A stretch of DNA of 64,000 bases from Alphaproteobacteria bacterium. GTDB lineage: Bacteria > Pseudomonadota > Alphaproteobacteria > Bin95. A program made the position numbers and the translations under genes. The DNA lies in the NCBI GenBank assembly GCA_964291285.2, contig OZ219786.1:224001-288000 (forward strand), given 5' to 3'. Below are positions 29,501 through 39,221 of the stretch, piece by piece (the first letter of the stretch is position 1; every line of letters starts with the position of its first letter). Below the pieces are notes generated by a model, which worked only from the letters and a program-made list of their open reading frames with translations, made no database searches and was not told the origin of the DNA.

Positions 29501-30870
29501 TTGCCCGTGCCCGCATGGCCCTGCACGCCCACCACCCTGTCCTGCGTGAGTAAAATCGTGCGCACCGCCTCGCGCTGGCCCTCCGTCAGCGGACCGGCGG
29601 CCAGCTCCCTCTCCACCGCCGCCCCGTCCGCCGCCGGCGCCCCCGCCCCGGCGCCGTCGCGCATCCAGGCGATATTGCCGCGCTCCGCCCGGAGCGCCCG
29701 CTCGGTGACGAACGCCCGCTCCGCGCCGCGCAGGGACGCCGCAACCAGATGCCCGTCGCGCCGCAACTCCTCCACCGCCGTCTCGACCTCGCGCAGCGAA
29801 TACCGCCCGGGCGCCTGGCCGAGCGCATGCGCCGCGATGTCGCCGGCCGCGAACACCGAAGACCGCTCCTCAAGATGCGCCACCGCCCGCCAGACCGCTT
29901 CATGGACCGGCAGGACGGGGCGCGCCTCCGCCTGCCTCTCCACGCGCCGTTCGCGCCGCGCCCGCGCCGCCGCCTCGCGGGACGGCAGGCCCGCCTCCCT
30001 GGCGCGGCGCCGCCATATCCGCCGCAGCTCGTCCATGGCCGGCTCTGCCTTGCGACGGCGCGTGTAGAGCGCCGCCTGCTGCGCCCGGGCCGCGCTGTAG
30101 GCCCCGCCCCGTCGCCTGATGTCCTCCAGGATGTCCCGCCGACGGGTCGAGAACGCCTCGCGTACCTCCCGGTCGTAGCCCTCCAGCTCGAAACCCGGCA
30201 CCGGCCCGATCATCACCGGCACGATCCCATAGCCGAGCGCCTCCAGCCGCCGCGCCAGCTCGTTGCGGTAATGCGCCCCGATCAGCTTCTTGTGGCGGCG
30301 GATCGCCGTCGCCTCGATGCTCCGCCACTCGCCCGCCCCGTTCCGGGTCATGTTCGCCACCACGCAGTGCGTGTGCAGCTGCGGGTCCAGATTGCGGCTC
30401 GCAAGGTGCCGGAAGGTCGCCGCCGCCATGCCGTGCGCCTTCACACGCGGGCGCCTGCGGGTCTCCGGGTCCCAGCCCCGCGTCTGCAGAAGCTCCGCCT
30501 CCACCCGGTCCAGCGCCGCGCGCACCGCCTCGTCATGCGCGCGGACCACCCGCCTGTCGCCGTGCAGCAGCGCCGCCAGCGATACCGACTTCGGCGCCGA
30601 AAGCGTGATGTCCACCCCCGGACGGTGCTGGTGCTCGCCGTCGCGCAGGCGGCCCAGCCGGATATCCGTGCCCGGCACGCAGCCCTGGAGGATCGCATGG
30701 AACTTCTTCGGCGAGACATGCCGGCCCAGGCCCAGCGCCCGCGCCGCCTCGCCGTGCCAGAAGCTCGCCCGGCGGTGCTCCGGGTCGCCCTTCGCGTAGT
30801 AGCCGTCCTGCTCGAAATAGTGGACCGTCGAACTCGCCGACCCCAGGGCAATCGCTTTTGGGCCTGTCAT
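26533..30870 (-). CDS. trwC: MOBF (TrwC/TraI-like) relaxase-helicase with long helical C-terminal extension; first codons IS-derived
   Basis: YFEQDGYY catalytic Tyr, DITLSAPKSVS, HxxSRNLDPQLHTH HUH motif, QGHAGTGKT, DEASM, GDTGQL, HAAQG, YVGISRAR. Confidence 0.93.
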   Translation of the reverse strand: MTGPKAIALGSASSTVHYFEQDGYYAKGDPEHRRASFWHGEAARALGLGRHVSPKKFHAILQGCVPGTDIRLGRLRDGEHQHRPGVDITLSAPKSVSLAALLHGDRRVVRAHDEAVRAALDRVEAELLQTRGWDPETRRRPRVKAHGMAAATFRHLASRNLDPQLHTHCVVANMTRNGAGEWRSIEATAIRRHKKLIGAHYRNELARRLEALGYGIVPVMIGPVPGFELEGYDREVREAFSTRRRDILEDIRRRGGAYSAARAQQAALYTRRRKAEPAMDELRRIWRRRAREAGLPSREAAARARRERRVERQAEARPVLPVHEAVWRAVAHLEERSSVFAAGDIAAHALGQAPGRYSLREVETAVEELRRDGHLVAASLRGAERAFVTERALRAERGNIAWMRDGAGAGAPAADGAAVERELAAGPLTEGQREAVRTILLTQDRVVGVQGHAGTGKTVMLRETARLAGERKVVGLAPSMAAVRALEREAGIPARTLQWFLARHRDIGDRIAGPERLAEARLAFGGAVLAVDEASMVSSAQMRQLMRIAERIGIARLALVGDTGQLRSVEAGQPFRQLQQAGMATARMDEVLRQRDLDLREAVTAIREGEPAEAMERLGGNVHEAESDELGEAAARLWLSLHPEARARTAIMAPTHALREDINEAVREGLRDEGLLHGRVLEIDRLVGLGLTRAQKADVANYRPGDVLVFHNDLYRFRVKADDACTVTGAEGGRVLLEHPDGRPRRIDPSKPVRYRYEAYETRPIRLQAGDRIRWTRNDRARGLFNGGDAAVLAIGSRLVKIGIEDGRTLSMRRDDPQLRHVDHAWSATLHAAQGTTRDNAIVVLDSGHGLPVDRAAFYVGISRARDNAVVLTDNREDLVEALEAHAGTAMTALEAVGEEIAPPAPLPIPAREALWPDLSAWRALEEEARRQNTIPFYVEGCADAVEQLAELGRTPGVAAGVAAEAERAAEAHEAAGKARATLDGLDDGMRTALAVRRIQFDPAGEGAGNYRIWRDDASRLRREADGIAAEEERYRPHLDAAPALRDGIAGAGAELHAVLDADDAAFAVLDEWEELEARADEAGTHWFHAEDRDGVLLRMAGVLELAHLDAALRRKLSDLIAERDAIAAAKAAAEPLAAKLRECVEKRERLIDGAGENRAVYSVLPALEAWREEAGGLLEEARGLPDEDGSFAHAGALPELRDGIARDRKSLQGAVSLDRRHAACLRKRRKVVTRDTGTPLFYREGNEEVVWSMRLLAAEPDLDAEARALLERLVAQHDAAAAAKAEVENLVVELRFSLDLRRQLSDLAAEQRRSVTEEGTGYRAWADEAARLCGRADRVLAGTRYAPHLDRIEGARGDIGRDSGRLARALETDAAWTAFAPRLENSRLNVPELRQVVEEAKRMLDRPELDPGARRRLEIHLRVRDPARQQGLSRDIGPGGGISV

Positions 30871-31108
30871 GCTGCGGCCCGGATCAAGTTGAGGAGCAAG
30901 TCGTCGTTCCAGGCGGCGCGCTTGAGTTTTCCGCGCATGGCGTCTTTTGTGGGTTCGCGGCGTGCGATGTTGAGGGCGAGGCGTCGGATCAGGGCGAGGT
31001 TTTCGGGTCCGTGGTCCTTGCGGTTTCGCTGTCGGTCCTCGTTCATGGTCACGTCGAGCACCCAGTGCAGGCAGTTTTCGATGGTCCAATGGGCGCGCGC
31101 GGCGTGCT
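30844..31108 (-). mobile_element. ISAs1 remnant (3' end of transposase plus right terminal IR)
   Basis: RAHWTIENCLHWVLDVTMNED...ENLALIRRLALNI...KLKRAAWND; terminus ...gcgattgccctg at 30844-30855. Confidence 0.85.
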
Positions 31109-33047
31109 GAGGCGTGTGCGCTGTTTGGAAGTGCTTTCTGAGCAAGGCATTGCGGAGGGTCTGGATTTTTCTTACCCCGTCAGGATGGCTGATTTCCGGG
31201 GTTTTTGCGGTTTGAAGGGAAAGGTTTTGTGGATTTCCACCCCATGGCCGTGCGCGGGCTGGTTTTCGGGCGCGTCGCGTTGAGGCGCGGGACTGAGTAG
31301 AAGGTGTCGCCATCGGGCCTGCGGCCCTTGTTCCATCCACCGGCGCTGGTTGGGAGAACGTGATGGCGACAGCGGAGAAGTTAGCCTTTTCGTGGTGGTC
31401 TGTGGAGGGCCTTGCGGACCTTGAGCGTCTGCGTGTGGTGCTCGACACGCTTCCCGACGAGAAGGTTGTGGCTGCGCTTGAGGCGGGTCGAGGCCGGGGT
31501 CGCAACGACTACCCGGTGCGGGCGATGTGGCGGGCTCTGATCGCGGGGATCGTGTTCCAGCATGCCTCGATGCAGTCGCTGCTGCGTGAGCTGGGCCGCA
31601 ACCCGGCATTGCTTGAGATTTGCGGGTTCGAGGCGCTGCCCTTGCAGGGTGCGCCGGTGGTGGCGCTTTGCGCAGGGCGCGCGGTGAGGCGTCCGGCGCC
31701 GTTGCGCTCGACGGTGCCGGGCGCCTGGAACTTCTCGCGGTTCCTGGGGCGCGTGGTGCGCCTTGAGGACGAGCGCGGCCTTGTGTCGGGGATGATCGGG
31801 CGTCTGCGCGCCTCGCTGTTCGAGGAGTTGCCGGACTTCGGTCGCCATCTCGGCTACGACGGCAAGGCGGTGGCGAGCCACTCGACGGGCCGGGTTGCCG
31901 GGGCCAGGGGGCAGACCTCGGACCCCGATGCGGACTGGGGCAGGCACGAGACGGGCGGGGTGAACGCGAAGACCGGCGCGGTGTGGAAGAAGGTGAAGTC
32001 GTGGTTCGGCTACGGGCTGCACCTGATCGCCGACACGGACCACGAGGTTCCTGTGGCCTTCGAGGTGACGCGGGCGTCGGCATCGGAACCCGGGGTGCTG
32101 TCCGGGATGCTGGAGGAGTTGTTCGCCGAGGCGCCGGAGATGGCCGGGCGCTGCGCCGATTTCAGCGCCGACCGCGGTCTCGACAACGCCCGCCTGAAGG
32201 CGCGGTTGTGGGACAGGTGGCATATCCGCCCGCTGATCGACACGCGCCTGATGTGGCGGGTCGAGAAGAAGGAGCCGGGCCATGACCCGGCCCGGCCGAT
32301 CACGCGACCGCTGTTCCCCGGGCGCGCCGACGTCATCGTTCATGACGAACGCGGCCGGGTGTCCTGCGTGTGCCCGCAGACCGGCGAGGTCCGCGCCATG
32401 GCCTTCCAGGGGTTCGAGGTCGGGCGCGGCGTCTGCGGCACGCTCAAATACCGCTGCCCCGCAGCCGCCTTCGGCTTCGAGTGCAAGGGACGCCGGGCCT
32501 GCCATCGGGCGGGTGGGGTGAAGTCCGGCGAATACGGCCGCATCCTGCGCGTCGACCTCGACAGCCATGACCGGCGTATCTTCACGCCCACGCCCTGGGG
32601 CAGCCCGTCATGGCGGCGCGGATACAACCGGCGCACCGCCATGGAGCGGATCAACGCCCGCCTCGACCGCAGCTTCAACTTCGAGACCCATTACATCCGC
32701 GGACGCGCGAAGATGAAGACCCGCATCGGGCTGGCCCTGGCGGTCATGATGGCCATGGCGCTTGCACAGGCCCGCGCCGGACGCGTCGCACGCATGCGCT
32801 CCCTGGTCGGCCCGGCGCCATACCTCGATACCGGCTGACCCCTCAGCCGACTGCCGACAACGCTGACCCAACCCGCCGGACCCCGGCATACGGACAAACG
32901 CGACCGAAGGCCGGCGATGCTGCCGGGCTGGGCCGCTCAAGTTCGAAAAGCAACCGCGGCGACCGCCTCGAACGCCGGAACAAACAACATCAACACCCGG
33001 ACCCAACGTCCCATCCGACCGGAAAAACCCCACAGCGCAAATTTCTC
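31109..33047 (+). mobile_element. Insertion sequence (IS5/IS1182-like DDE), no target duplication
   Basis: Imperfect 16-bp IRs gaggcgtgtgcgctgt / acagcgcaaatttctc; the flanks are unrelated truncated genes. Confidence 0.75.
31360..32838 (+). CDS. DDE transposase (IS1182/IS5-like)
   Basis: GRNDYPVRAMW, YDGK, WFGYGLHLIAD, ADRGLD, YNRRTAMERIN. Confidence 0.9.
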   Translation: MMATAEKLAFSWWSVEGLADLERLRVVLDTLPDEKVVAALEAGRGRGRNDYPVRAMWRALIAGIVFQHASMQSLLRELGRNPALLEICGFEALPLQGAPVVALCAGRAVRRPAPLRSTVPGAWNFSRFLGRVVRLEDERGLVSGMIGRLRASLFEELPDFGRHLGYDGKAVASHSTGRVAGARGQTSDPDADWGRHETGGVNAKTGAVWKKVKSWFGYGLHLIADTDHEVPVAFEVTRASASEPGVLSGMLEELFAEAPEMAGRCADFSADRGLDNARLKARLWDRWHIRPLIDTRLMWRVEKKEPGHDPARPITRPLFPGRADVIVHDERGRVSCVCPQTGEVRAMAFQGFEVGRGVCGTLKYRCPAAAFGFECKGRRACHRAGGVKSGEYGRILRVDLDSHDRRIFTPTPWGSPSWRRGYNRRTAMERINARLDRSFNFETHYIRGRAKMKTRIGLALAVMMAMALAQARAGRVARMRSLVGPAPYLDTG

Positions 33048-34785
33048 TCTCCTTGACCAGGCCGCGGCTTTCGCCGACGGTGACCTTGTTGGCCGAGAAC
33101 AGGACGGAGCGGCCCATCGGCGTCCCGGAGGATGTCTGGGTATGGCCCTCGAAGGTGCCGTGTCCGATGGCCTTGGACATCTCCTCCGCGCCGGCCGCAT
33201 CCGCGCGCGACCAGCCGAGGATCTGCACGACTTCGGAGAGATCGATCAGTTCCTGCCGGCGCTGCTTGCCCCAGCTGCCGTCGATCCCGGAGAGGGCCTG
33301 CGCGAAGGCCCAGAAGTGGACGCCGCGGCCCGCGCCGAGCCGCCATGCGTCCATGACGGGTTCGAGATATCCGATGGCCGGCATCTCGTCCATGACGATC
33401 AGCAGGTCCTTCTTCAGGGACCGCCGGGCCGCGACGGCGAACGGGATCGTGATCCACAACCTCAGCCACGGACGAGCCGCCTTCAGAACTTCTTCCGGCA
33501 CCACCACGAACAGGTCCATGTTCCCGTCCGCCAGCTCGTGCGGATCGAAACTGCTCGTCGCGGTCTGCGCCTGGATCTCCGGGTGCGCCAGGAACTGGAG
33601 CTGGTTGGCGATCGTCGTGTAGTTGGACCCCGACTCCTGCGAGCTCGTCGCCAGTTCGGACTCGATGGCGCGGTGCGCAAGGCCACCGGCAAAGGGCTCG
33701 CTGTCCAGAATTTGCGTGCCCAGGACCTTGCGGTTGTCCGGACCCATCGACAGGTTCTCGAACACATGCGCCAGGTTCCTGTTCTCGTCCCTGGCCCGAT
33801 ACGCCGCCCAGGCGATATGTCCGGAGACCAGCCGCCTAGCACTTTCATGGAAATGACGGCTGTTGCTGGCGTCGCTTGTCGGAGGCGTCAACAGCGCCTG
33901 GACAAGCGTGTCGATGTCCTGGACCGCCTTCTCCTCGCCTCTCAGGAAATCCAGCGGGTTGTAGGTGTGCCTCTTGACCTCCCGGGGCAGATGGCAGTGC
34001 GGATGCTGTTCGCGATGGCGGTCGGTCACGCCATAGGGGTCGAGCAACACGACCTTCCGCCCGAGCTCCCGCCGCCGGCGCGCAACAATGCAATAGAGCT
34101 CGCCCCGCGGATCGATCGACACGGTCGATCCTTGCCACCCCCGTTCCCCCGGCGCGAGCATGTTGGCGGCGATCAGCGCGCCCTTGCCGGTTCGGGGCGG
34201 CGCGATGGTGACGGCATGGCCCTCGAGCGGCCAGACGGCGAGCGGGCCGTTGTTGCCGGATGCGGTCTGTCCGAGGAGTATACCTTCCCTTCGGCGGGCC
34301 AGGTTCCTGAGGTGACGCCGTCCCATGAGCTTCGAGGCGCCGTGGAGTTCCGATTTCGAGCGCCGGCGTTTCGAGAGGCGGCCCGCCCCGGTCAGCCCGG
34401 TCAGCATGGCCGTGAGCCACAACAGGGCGAATACGGGCGCCGCGGGAATCGGCGCCACGAGGCGGAACTTGTCCACCGCCGTCCCTTCGTCGACCAGTGC
34501 CGTGAACCCGGCCAGGTCGCGGGCCAGGATGAACGCCATGTGATCGAGCAGGAGGGTCATGCCCGCCACCGCCGCGGTCGGTCCCCAGACGCCGATCTTC
34601 CAGCCGAGCCCGCCGCGCTTCAGGTCCGTGAACATGAGCACCGCGAAGGAGGCGGCGACCATGCCGGCGAGCACCCAGCCCCGGATCTCCGGATCGGGCC
34701 GTTCGGTCCAGAGCCAGTATACGGCCGCCCAACCCGGAATCCCGGTTCCGAGCGCCAGCCCCAGATGGGTCATGAATCCGTGCAT
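33048..34785 (-). pseudogene. virD4: VirD4/TraG type IV coupling protein, 3'-truncated by IS (ORF continues into IS to 32608)
   Basis: N-terminal TM helices, LHGAS, IAPPRTGKG, IDPRGE, YNPLD, MDEMPAIG, FAQ; homology breaks at LVKER at the IS end. Confidence 0.85.
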
Positions 34786-35277
34786 TGCCTTCGTCCTTTC
34801 GTCAGGGGCTCACGCGTCTTGCGGGCCGTCTCCGGGCTCCCGGCGTCTCGTGCCGCGCTGCATTTGCCGGAATGCGCGCCTCGCCAGGGCGGCGCCGGTC
34901 CCGATGCTCCCGATGCCGGAGGGCCATGCCGCCATGCCGCAGGCCAGCGCCATCCGGATGCGCTCGCAGGGATCGTCCGGCGCCGGCCCCATGCAGTCGA
35001 CCGGCCGGAACTCGACGAGGCCGGTGTCGCTCCGCCCCGACGGAGGCAGCCGGTCGGATCGTTCGCTCATCGGGCCTCTCCCGTGAATTTCCCTCTCCGC
35101 CAGCGGTTGCGGGCGGCGCGCGCCCGCGTGAGGGCAAGATGGCGCGGGCACATCGAACAGCCGCGCACGGCCGGTTCCGCGCATCCGGTGCATTGGCTCC
35201 GGCGTCTCCGGCGCCAGTACCGGCCCCGTTCCTGCCCGGCGGTGCGCCTGTCGGGCATGGCGGCGGCGCTCCCTTCC

Positions 35278-37551
35278 CTACGGTCCGTCGTCCGCGGGCG
35301 CGCCGCGCCCGCCCGGCAGGCCGGGGCCTCGCCTTCCCTGGCCGACGCGCATCGGCCCGATCCGCCCGAACGCGCCGGCGATCCCGCCGCCGATCCGGTC
35401 GGCGTCGCCGTCGCGCCCGTCGCGCCCGCCGATCCAGTCCATGGCGATCGCGGGCAGATGGTCGATCAGCTTGAAGCAGCCGTTCATGAGGCCGTAGACG
35501 GTCATCAGGTAGATGGCGAGCATGGCGAGCCAGCCGAGCACGCCGATCCCGTCCGAGGCGCCGGCGTCGAAGACGAGGCCCCGGAAGATGTCGTTGAAGG
35601 TGTCCATGATCGTGACGAACAGGAGGTAGCCGGTGACGAGGCCGAACAGCATCAGCACCGGGCGCAGCAGCAGGCCGGGCAGGAAGAGCCATCCCTGGCG
35701 CGTCGCCGGGGTGACGAGGCCCTCGCCGCGGACCGTGTGCCCGGCGAGCCAGACCGGCATGGCGAAGACGGCCGCGACGACAGCGGTCAGCCAGGCCAGC
35801 AGGCCGAACAGGAAGCGCAGGAACGGCAGCACGGGAACCAGGTAGGCGAGCACCAGGCCGGCGAGGATCATGAGGCCCAGGATGGTGGACACGAAGCTGT
35901 CCATGACCTGCCAGGCGGCCTCGAACGCATCCAGCCCGCCGCCGATGAGCGGTATCGAGTTCAGCAGGTTCGAGCCGGTGGCGACGCCGCCGAGCACCAG
36001 GATCGAGCCGATCCCCTTGGCGACCAGGCTGTGGCCGAGCGAGACGAGGTCGAGGACCGGGTTGCCGCTGTCGACCAGTTGTATGTCCTCGATGTCGAGC
36101 CAGTCGAACCAGCCGCGCCCGATCCCGCCGCCGCCGCCGGGCCCGGGCGCGGGATCGGCGCCGGCGCCGAGCACGGCGGGATATTCGCGCGAGGCGGCGA
36201 GCTGCCCGGCCGCGGCCGCGACGGCCGCGCGCGCCTGGGGGACCCATTCCCCGAGGCGCGCGGACGGTCCGGCAACCCCCGGAATGCTCCCGGCGCCCAG
36301 CTGGTATTCGCCGACATGGCGGGTGATGGTCATGAACAGCGAGGCGGCGAGGGTCCAGGGGGTGTTCCTCGCCTCGTCCGCGAGCGCCGCCCTGAGCGCG
36401 GTCGTGGCCTCGTCCCGGGTCGCATCGGCCGCGGCGCCGACGGTCGCCAGCCATGTCCCGAGCGGATCGGCCGCGACCAGCATCGCCTCGATATCCGGCA
36501 GCGGGCCGTCCCTGCGGGCGGTTCCGGGCGGGGCCGCGAACCAGAGCGCCACTTCGTCCGCAATCCCGGCCAGCGCCGGGCGGACGGCGTCGAAGGCATC
36601 GCCCTGCGCCGCGGCCATCCTGCCCCCGGGGGTGGCGCCGCCGTCGAGGCCGGCGATCCGCACGCTGCCGCACATGCCCTTCGGCATGCCGCCGGCATTG
36701 CCGTCATAGCCGATGGTGCGGACCCCCCGGCCCCTGTAGGCCCGCCGCCTCTGTTGCAGCGCGGTGTGCCTCTGCGTCTCCCTCACCGCGACATAGGCCG
36801 CATCGCCTGCTTCCCGGGCCGCCAGGTTCGCGGTGCGCGCGCAGAGTTCCGCCAGGAAGACGCCGGCGATGGCGGCCCGGAGCGGGCGCCGGTGCGGCGC
36901 CGGCGCCACCATGTTGCCGTCGCCGAGCACGTCCTCGGAGAACCCGGCCCAGACGAGCTGCGCGATGTCGCCGCCGGTGCGCGCGAGCGAGAGCGCCAGG
37001 TGCTGGCCTCCCGACAGGCCTCCGGGGAGCGGCACCATGAGCAGGAACGCGGCGGCGATCCGGAGCGTCTCCTTTCCCGTGAACCCCCAGCGTCCCCGGC
37101 TGGCGGTGTCGACGGTCCCGGCGGCGGTCCACCAGACGAGCAGCACGCCGGCGAGCACCAGGAAGGCGCCGTTGTAGACCGTCAGCATCCCGGAGAGCGC
37201 GGTGTTGTTGCCGGTATCGAGATCGGCGAGGAAGGCGAGCAGCGCGCGGCCTGCCCGGTCCGGCTCGCCCGAGAGGTCCGGAACCGGCGCCGTCTGCGCC
37301 GCCGCCGGCGCGGTCCCGGCCGCCATCTCGATCGCCCCCAGGACGATCCATGCCAGTCCCGCCAGCGCCATGCCGGCGCCGAGCCAGCCGGGCAGCCCGC
37401 GGGGGCGTTGCAGTCTTCCCCTGCCCGGAGGCCGCTCCAGGGCGCCGGACGCGGCGCGCAGCACACGGGCGCCGTCGCCGAGAGCGCGGGCCGCCGGACC
37501 CGCCAGGTCCGGCAGCAGGATATAGCGCAGGAGGGAGGGACGGCGCGCCAT
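35278..37551 (-). CDS. dotA: DotA/TraY family inner-membrane protein
   Basis: GTVDTASRGRWG, AYLVPVLPFLRF, PVWLAGH, LRPVLMLFG, FKLIDHLPAIAMDWIGG. Confidence 0.9.
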   Translation of the reverse strand: MARRPSLLRYILLPDLAGPAARALGDGARVLRAASGALERPPGRGRLQRPRGLPGWLGAGMALAGLAWIVLGAIEMAAGTAPAAAQTAPVPDLSGEPDRAGRALLAFLADLDTGNNTALSGMLTVYNGAFLVLAGVLLVWWTAAGTVDTASRGRWGFTGKETLRIAAAFLLMVPLPGGLSGGQHLALSLARTGGDIAQLVWAGFSEDVLGDGNMVAPAPHRRPLRAAIAGVFLAELCARTANLAAREAGDAAYVAVRETQRHTALQQRRRAYRGRGVRTIGYDGNAGGMPKGMCGSVRIAGLDGGATPGGRMAAAQGDAFDAVRPALAGIADEVALWFAAPPGTARRDGPLPDIEAMLVAADPLGTWLATVGAAADATRDEATTALRAALADEARNTPWTLAASLFMTITRHVGEYQLGAGSIPGVAGPSARLGEWVPQARAAVAAAAGQLAASREYPAVLGAGADPAPGPGGGGGIGRGWFDWLDIEDIQLVDSGNPVLDLVSLGHSLVAKGIGSILVLGGVATGSNLLNSIPLIGGGLDAFEAAWQVMDSFVSTILGLMILAGLVLAYLVPVLPFLRFLFGLLAWLTAVVAAVFAMPVWLAGHTVRGEGLVTPATRQGWLFLPGLLLRPVLMLFGLVTGYLLFVTIMDTFNDIFRGLVFDAGASDGIGVLGWLAMLAIYLMTVYGLMNGCFKLIDHLPAIAMDWIGGRDGRDGDADRIGGGIAGAFGRIGPMRVGQGRRGPGLPGGRGAPADDGP

Positions 37552-37557
37552 GGCCGG

Positions 37558-38700
37558 TCAGTTCGCGCCCGCCCGCCCGGCGAGCGCGCGGTCGCGGTCG
37601 ATGCGCGCCGCGAGCGCGGCCGCCTCCAGCGCCAGGCGGCGCTGCTCGATGCGGAAGCGCTCCCGGTCGAGCAGCAGCGAGGCGGCGAGCAGGGAGGCGG
37701 TCTCGCGCAGCAGCGCTTCCCCGCCCATCGACTGGAGTTCGGCCCACCAGGCGGTGCGCTCGAACCGCTTCGCCGCCATGAGGTCGATGAGCTCCAGGCG
37801 GCTGACGGCGGCGTCCGGATTGCGCCCCGGGTCGATGGCGGCCGCCCAGCGCCCGAGTTCCGGGCCGGGCGCGCGCAGGGCGCGCAGATGGCCGAGCGCC
37901 TCCGCTGCCAGGGCCCGCCTTGCGGCCGCCGCGCGCGACGCCATGACCCTGCCGCGCTCGCTTGCCGAGTCGACCGCGCCGAGCGGTTCCGGGTCCTCGA
38001 CCGCCGGCACCGTCAGGTTGCGGGAGAGGTCGATCGCCGCCTGGAGCTCCGTCTCCGAAGCGAAGGTCCCGACCGCGAACAGGCTGTCGGGGCGAAGGTC
38101 CGCGCCGTGGTCCTCGGGGGCGCCGGAGCAGGCCGCGCTCTGCAGCGGCGCGCGGTCCGGACTGCACCAGCGCTCCAGGACGCGGCGGTAGCGCTCGGCG
38201 CTGTCGGTCGCCGCCGCCGGCGCCGAGCCGGTGGCGCGGTCGCCCGCGATCCGGCCGGTCTCGGAGACGGCCGCCGCGCGCCCGGCGACCGTGCTGGCGA
38301 TCCGGGCCTGCGCCAGGCCGCGCGCGCCGGTGGCGACGGCGCAGGCGGACCGCGACGGACGCCGGGCGACCTGCGCGCGCACCTCGGCCGCATCGCGCTC
38401 CGTCTGCGCGCGTATGGCAGCGTGGCTGTCGAGCGCCGTCGTGACGGCCTTCGCGCTCTGCGCCGCATATCCTGTCTGCTGGCCGGTCTGCTTCACCAGG
38501 GCGTCGTGGATCGTCCGCTCCATGGTCTCGATGCGGGCGTTCACGCTGGAGATGACGCGGCTTGCCTCGCTGACCGTCTTCGGAACCGGGGTGCAGCCCT
38601 TCCCGCCGCCGCCGAACAGCGCCGCCGCCGGAGCGGGCGCGAGCAGGTGAGCGGCAAGAACGGCGGCCCCGAACGCCGCAACCGGGAGCGCCCGCCTCAT
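37558..38700 (-). CDS. Exported conjugation-associated protein (TraW/IcmX-like position)
   Basis: Signal peptide, several Cys, located between icmB-region genes and dotA. Confidence 0.55.
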   Translation of the reverse strand: MRRALPVAAFGAAVLAAHLLAPAPAAALFGGGGKGCTPVPKTVSEASRVISSVNARIETMERTIHDALVKQTGQQTGYAAQSAKAVTTALDSHAAIRAQTERDAAEVRAQVARRPSRSACAVATGARGLAQARIASTVAGRAAAVSETGRIAGDRATGSAPAAATDSAERYRRVLERWCSPDRAPLQSAACSGAPEDHGADLRPDSLFAVGTFASETELQAAIDLSRNLTVPAVEDPEPLGAVDSASERGRVMASRAAAARRALAAEALGHLRALRAPGPELGRWAAAIDPGRNPDAAVSRLELIDLMAAKRFERTAWWAELQSMGGEALLRETASLLAASLLLDRERFRIEQRRLALEAAALAARIDRDRALAGRAGAN

Positions 38701-39221
38701 TGCGGCGCTCCGCCGAACAGCCGTCTGAAGCGCTCGCGCCCGATGCCCGCATCGCCGAGCGCATTGCCGTGGATCGATCCGGTCCCGGCGCCCGGCACGT
38801 CCTGCACGGGACCGGCGAACACGGCGGCATCCAGGCTCCGCCCCACATGCCGGCCGTAGACATCCGACGCTTCCGAACAGACACGGTCCCGCGCCAGGTC
38901 GAGGATCCGGTCCAGCGCGTCACCGGGGCGGTAGAGGATGTCCATGCCGCGATAGTCGAACATGTCCCACACGCAGCTGGGGTCGAGGATCGAGTCCGGT
39001 TTCCGGATCCCCTGGCCGGCATGGCGGATCACGGCGAGATCGGCCTTCACCCCCGCCTCGGCCGCCTTCGCCAGCGCCTCCGCCACCTCCGGATCGCAAT
39101 CCGGGAGCTCCGTCCCTGCCGCCGCACCCGTCGTTCCCTGCCCCGATGCAGGCTCCGGAAGGACCGGCAGCGATACCGCGACCGCCGCCAGGACCGCCAG
39201 ACCGCCCCGCCATGCCTTCAT
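38697..39221 (-). CDS. Exported hypothetical protein
   Basis: Signal peptide; ATGA overlaps on both sides. Confidence 0.65.
   Translation of the reverse strand: MKAWRGGLAVLAAVAVSLPVLPEPASGQGTTGAAAGTELPDCDPEVAEALAKAAEAGVKADLAVIRHAGQGIRKPDSILDPSCVWDMFDYRGMDILYRPGDALDRILDLARDRVCSEASDVYGRHVGRSLDAAVFAGPVQDVPGAGTGSIHGNALGDAGIGRERFRRLFGGAPQ

Noticed and set aside
34802-35270. Small ORFs between dotA and virD4
   Set aside because: Several overlapping candidate frames with no recognisable motif; the coding frame cannot be chosen.
32917-38859. 1980-aa plus-strand ORF (also 26416-29553, 39146-43192 and similar)
   Set aside because: These are antisense shadows of real minus-strand genes in very GC-rich DNA, with Arg/Ala/Pro/Gly-rich composition and no motifs.
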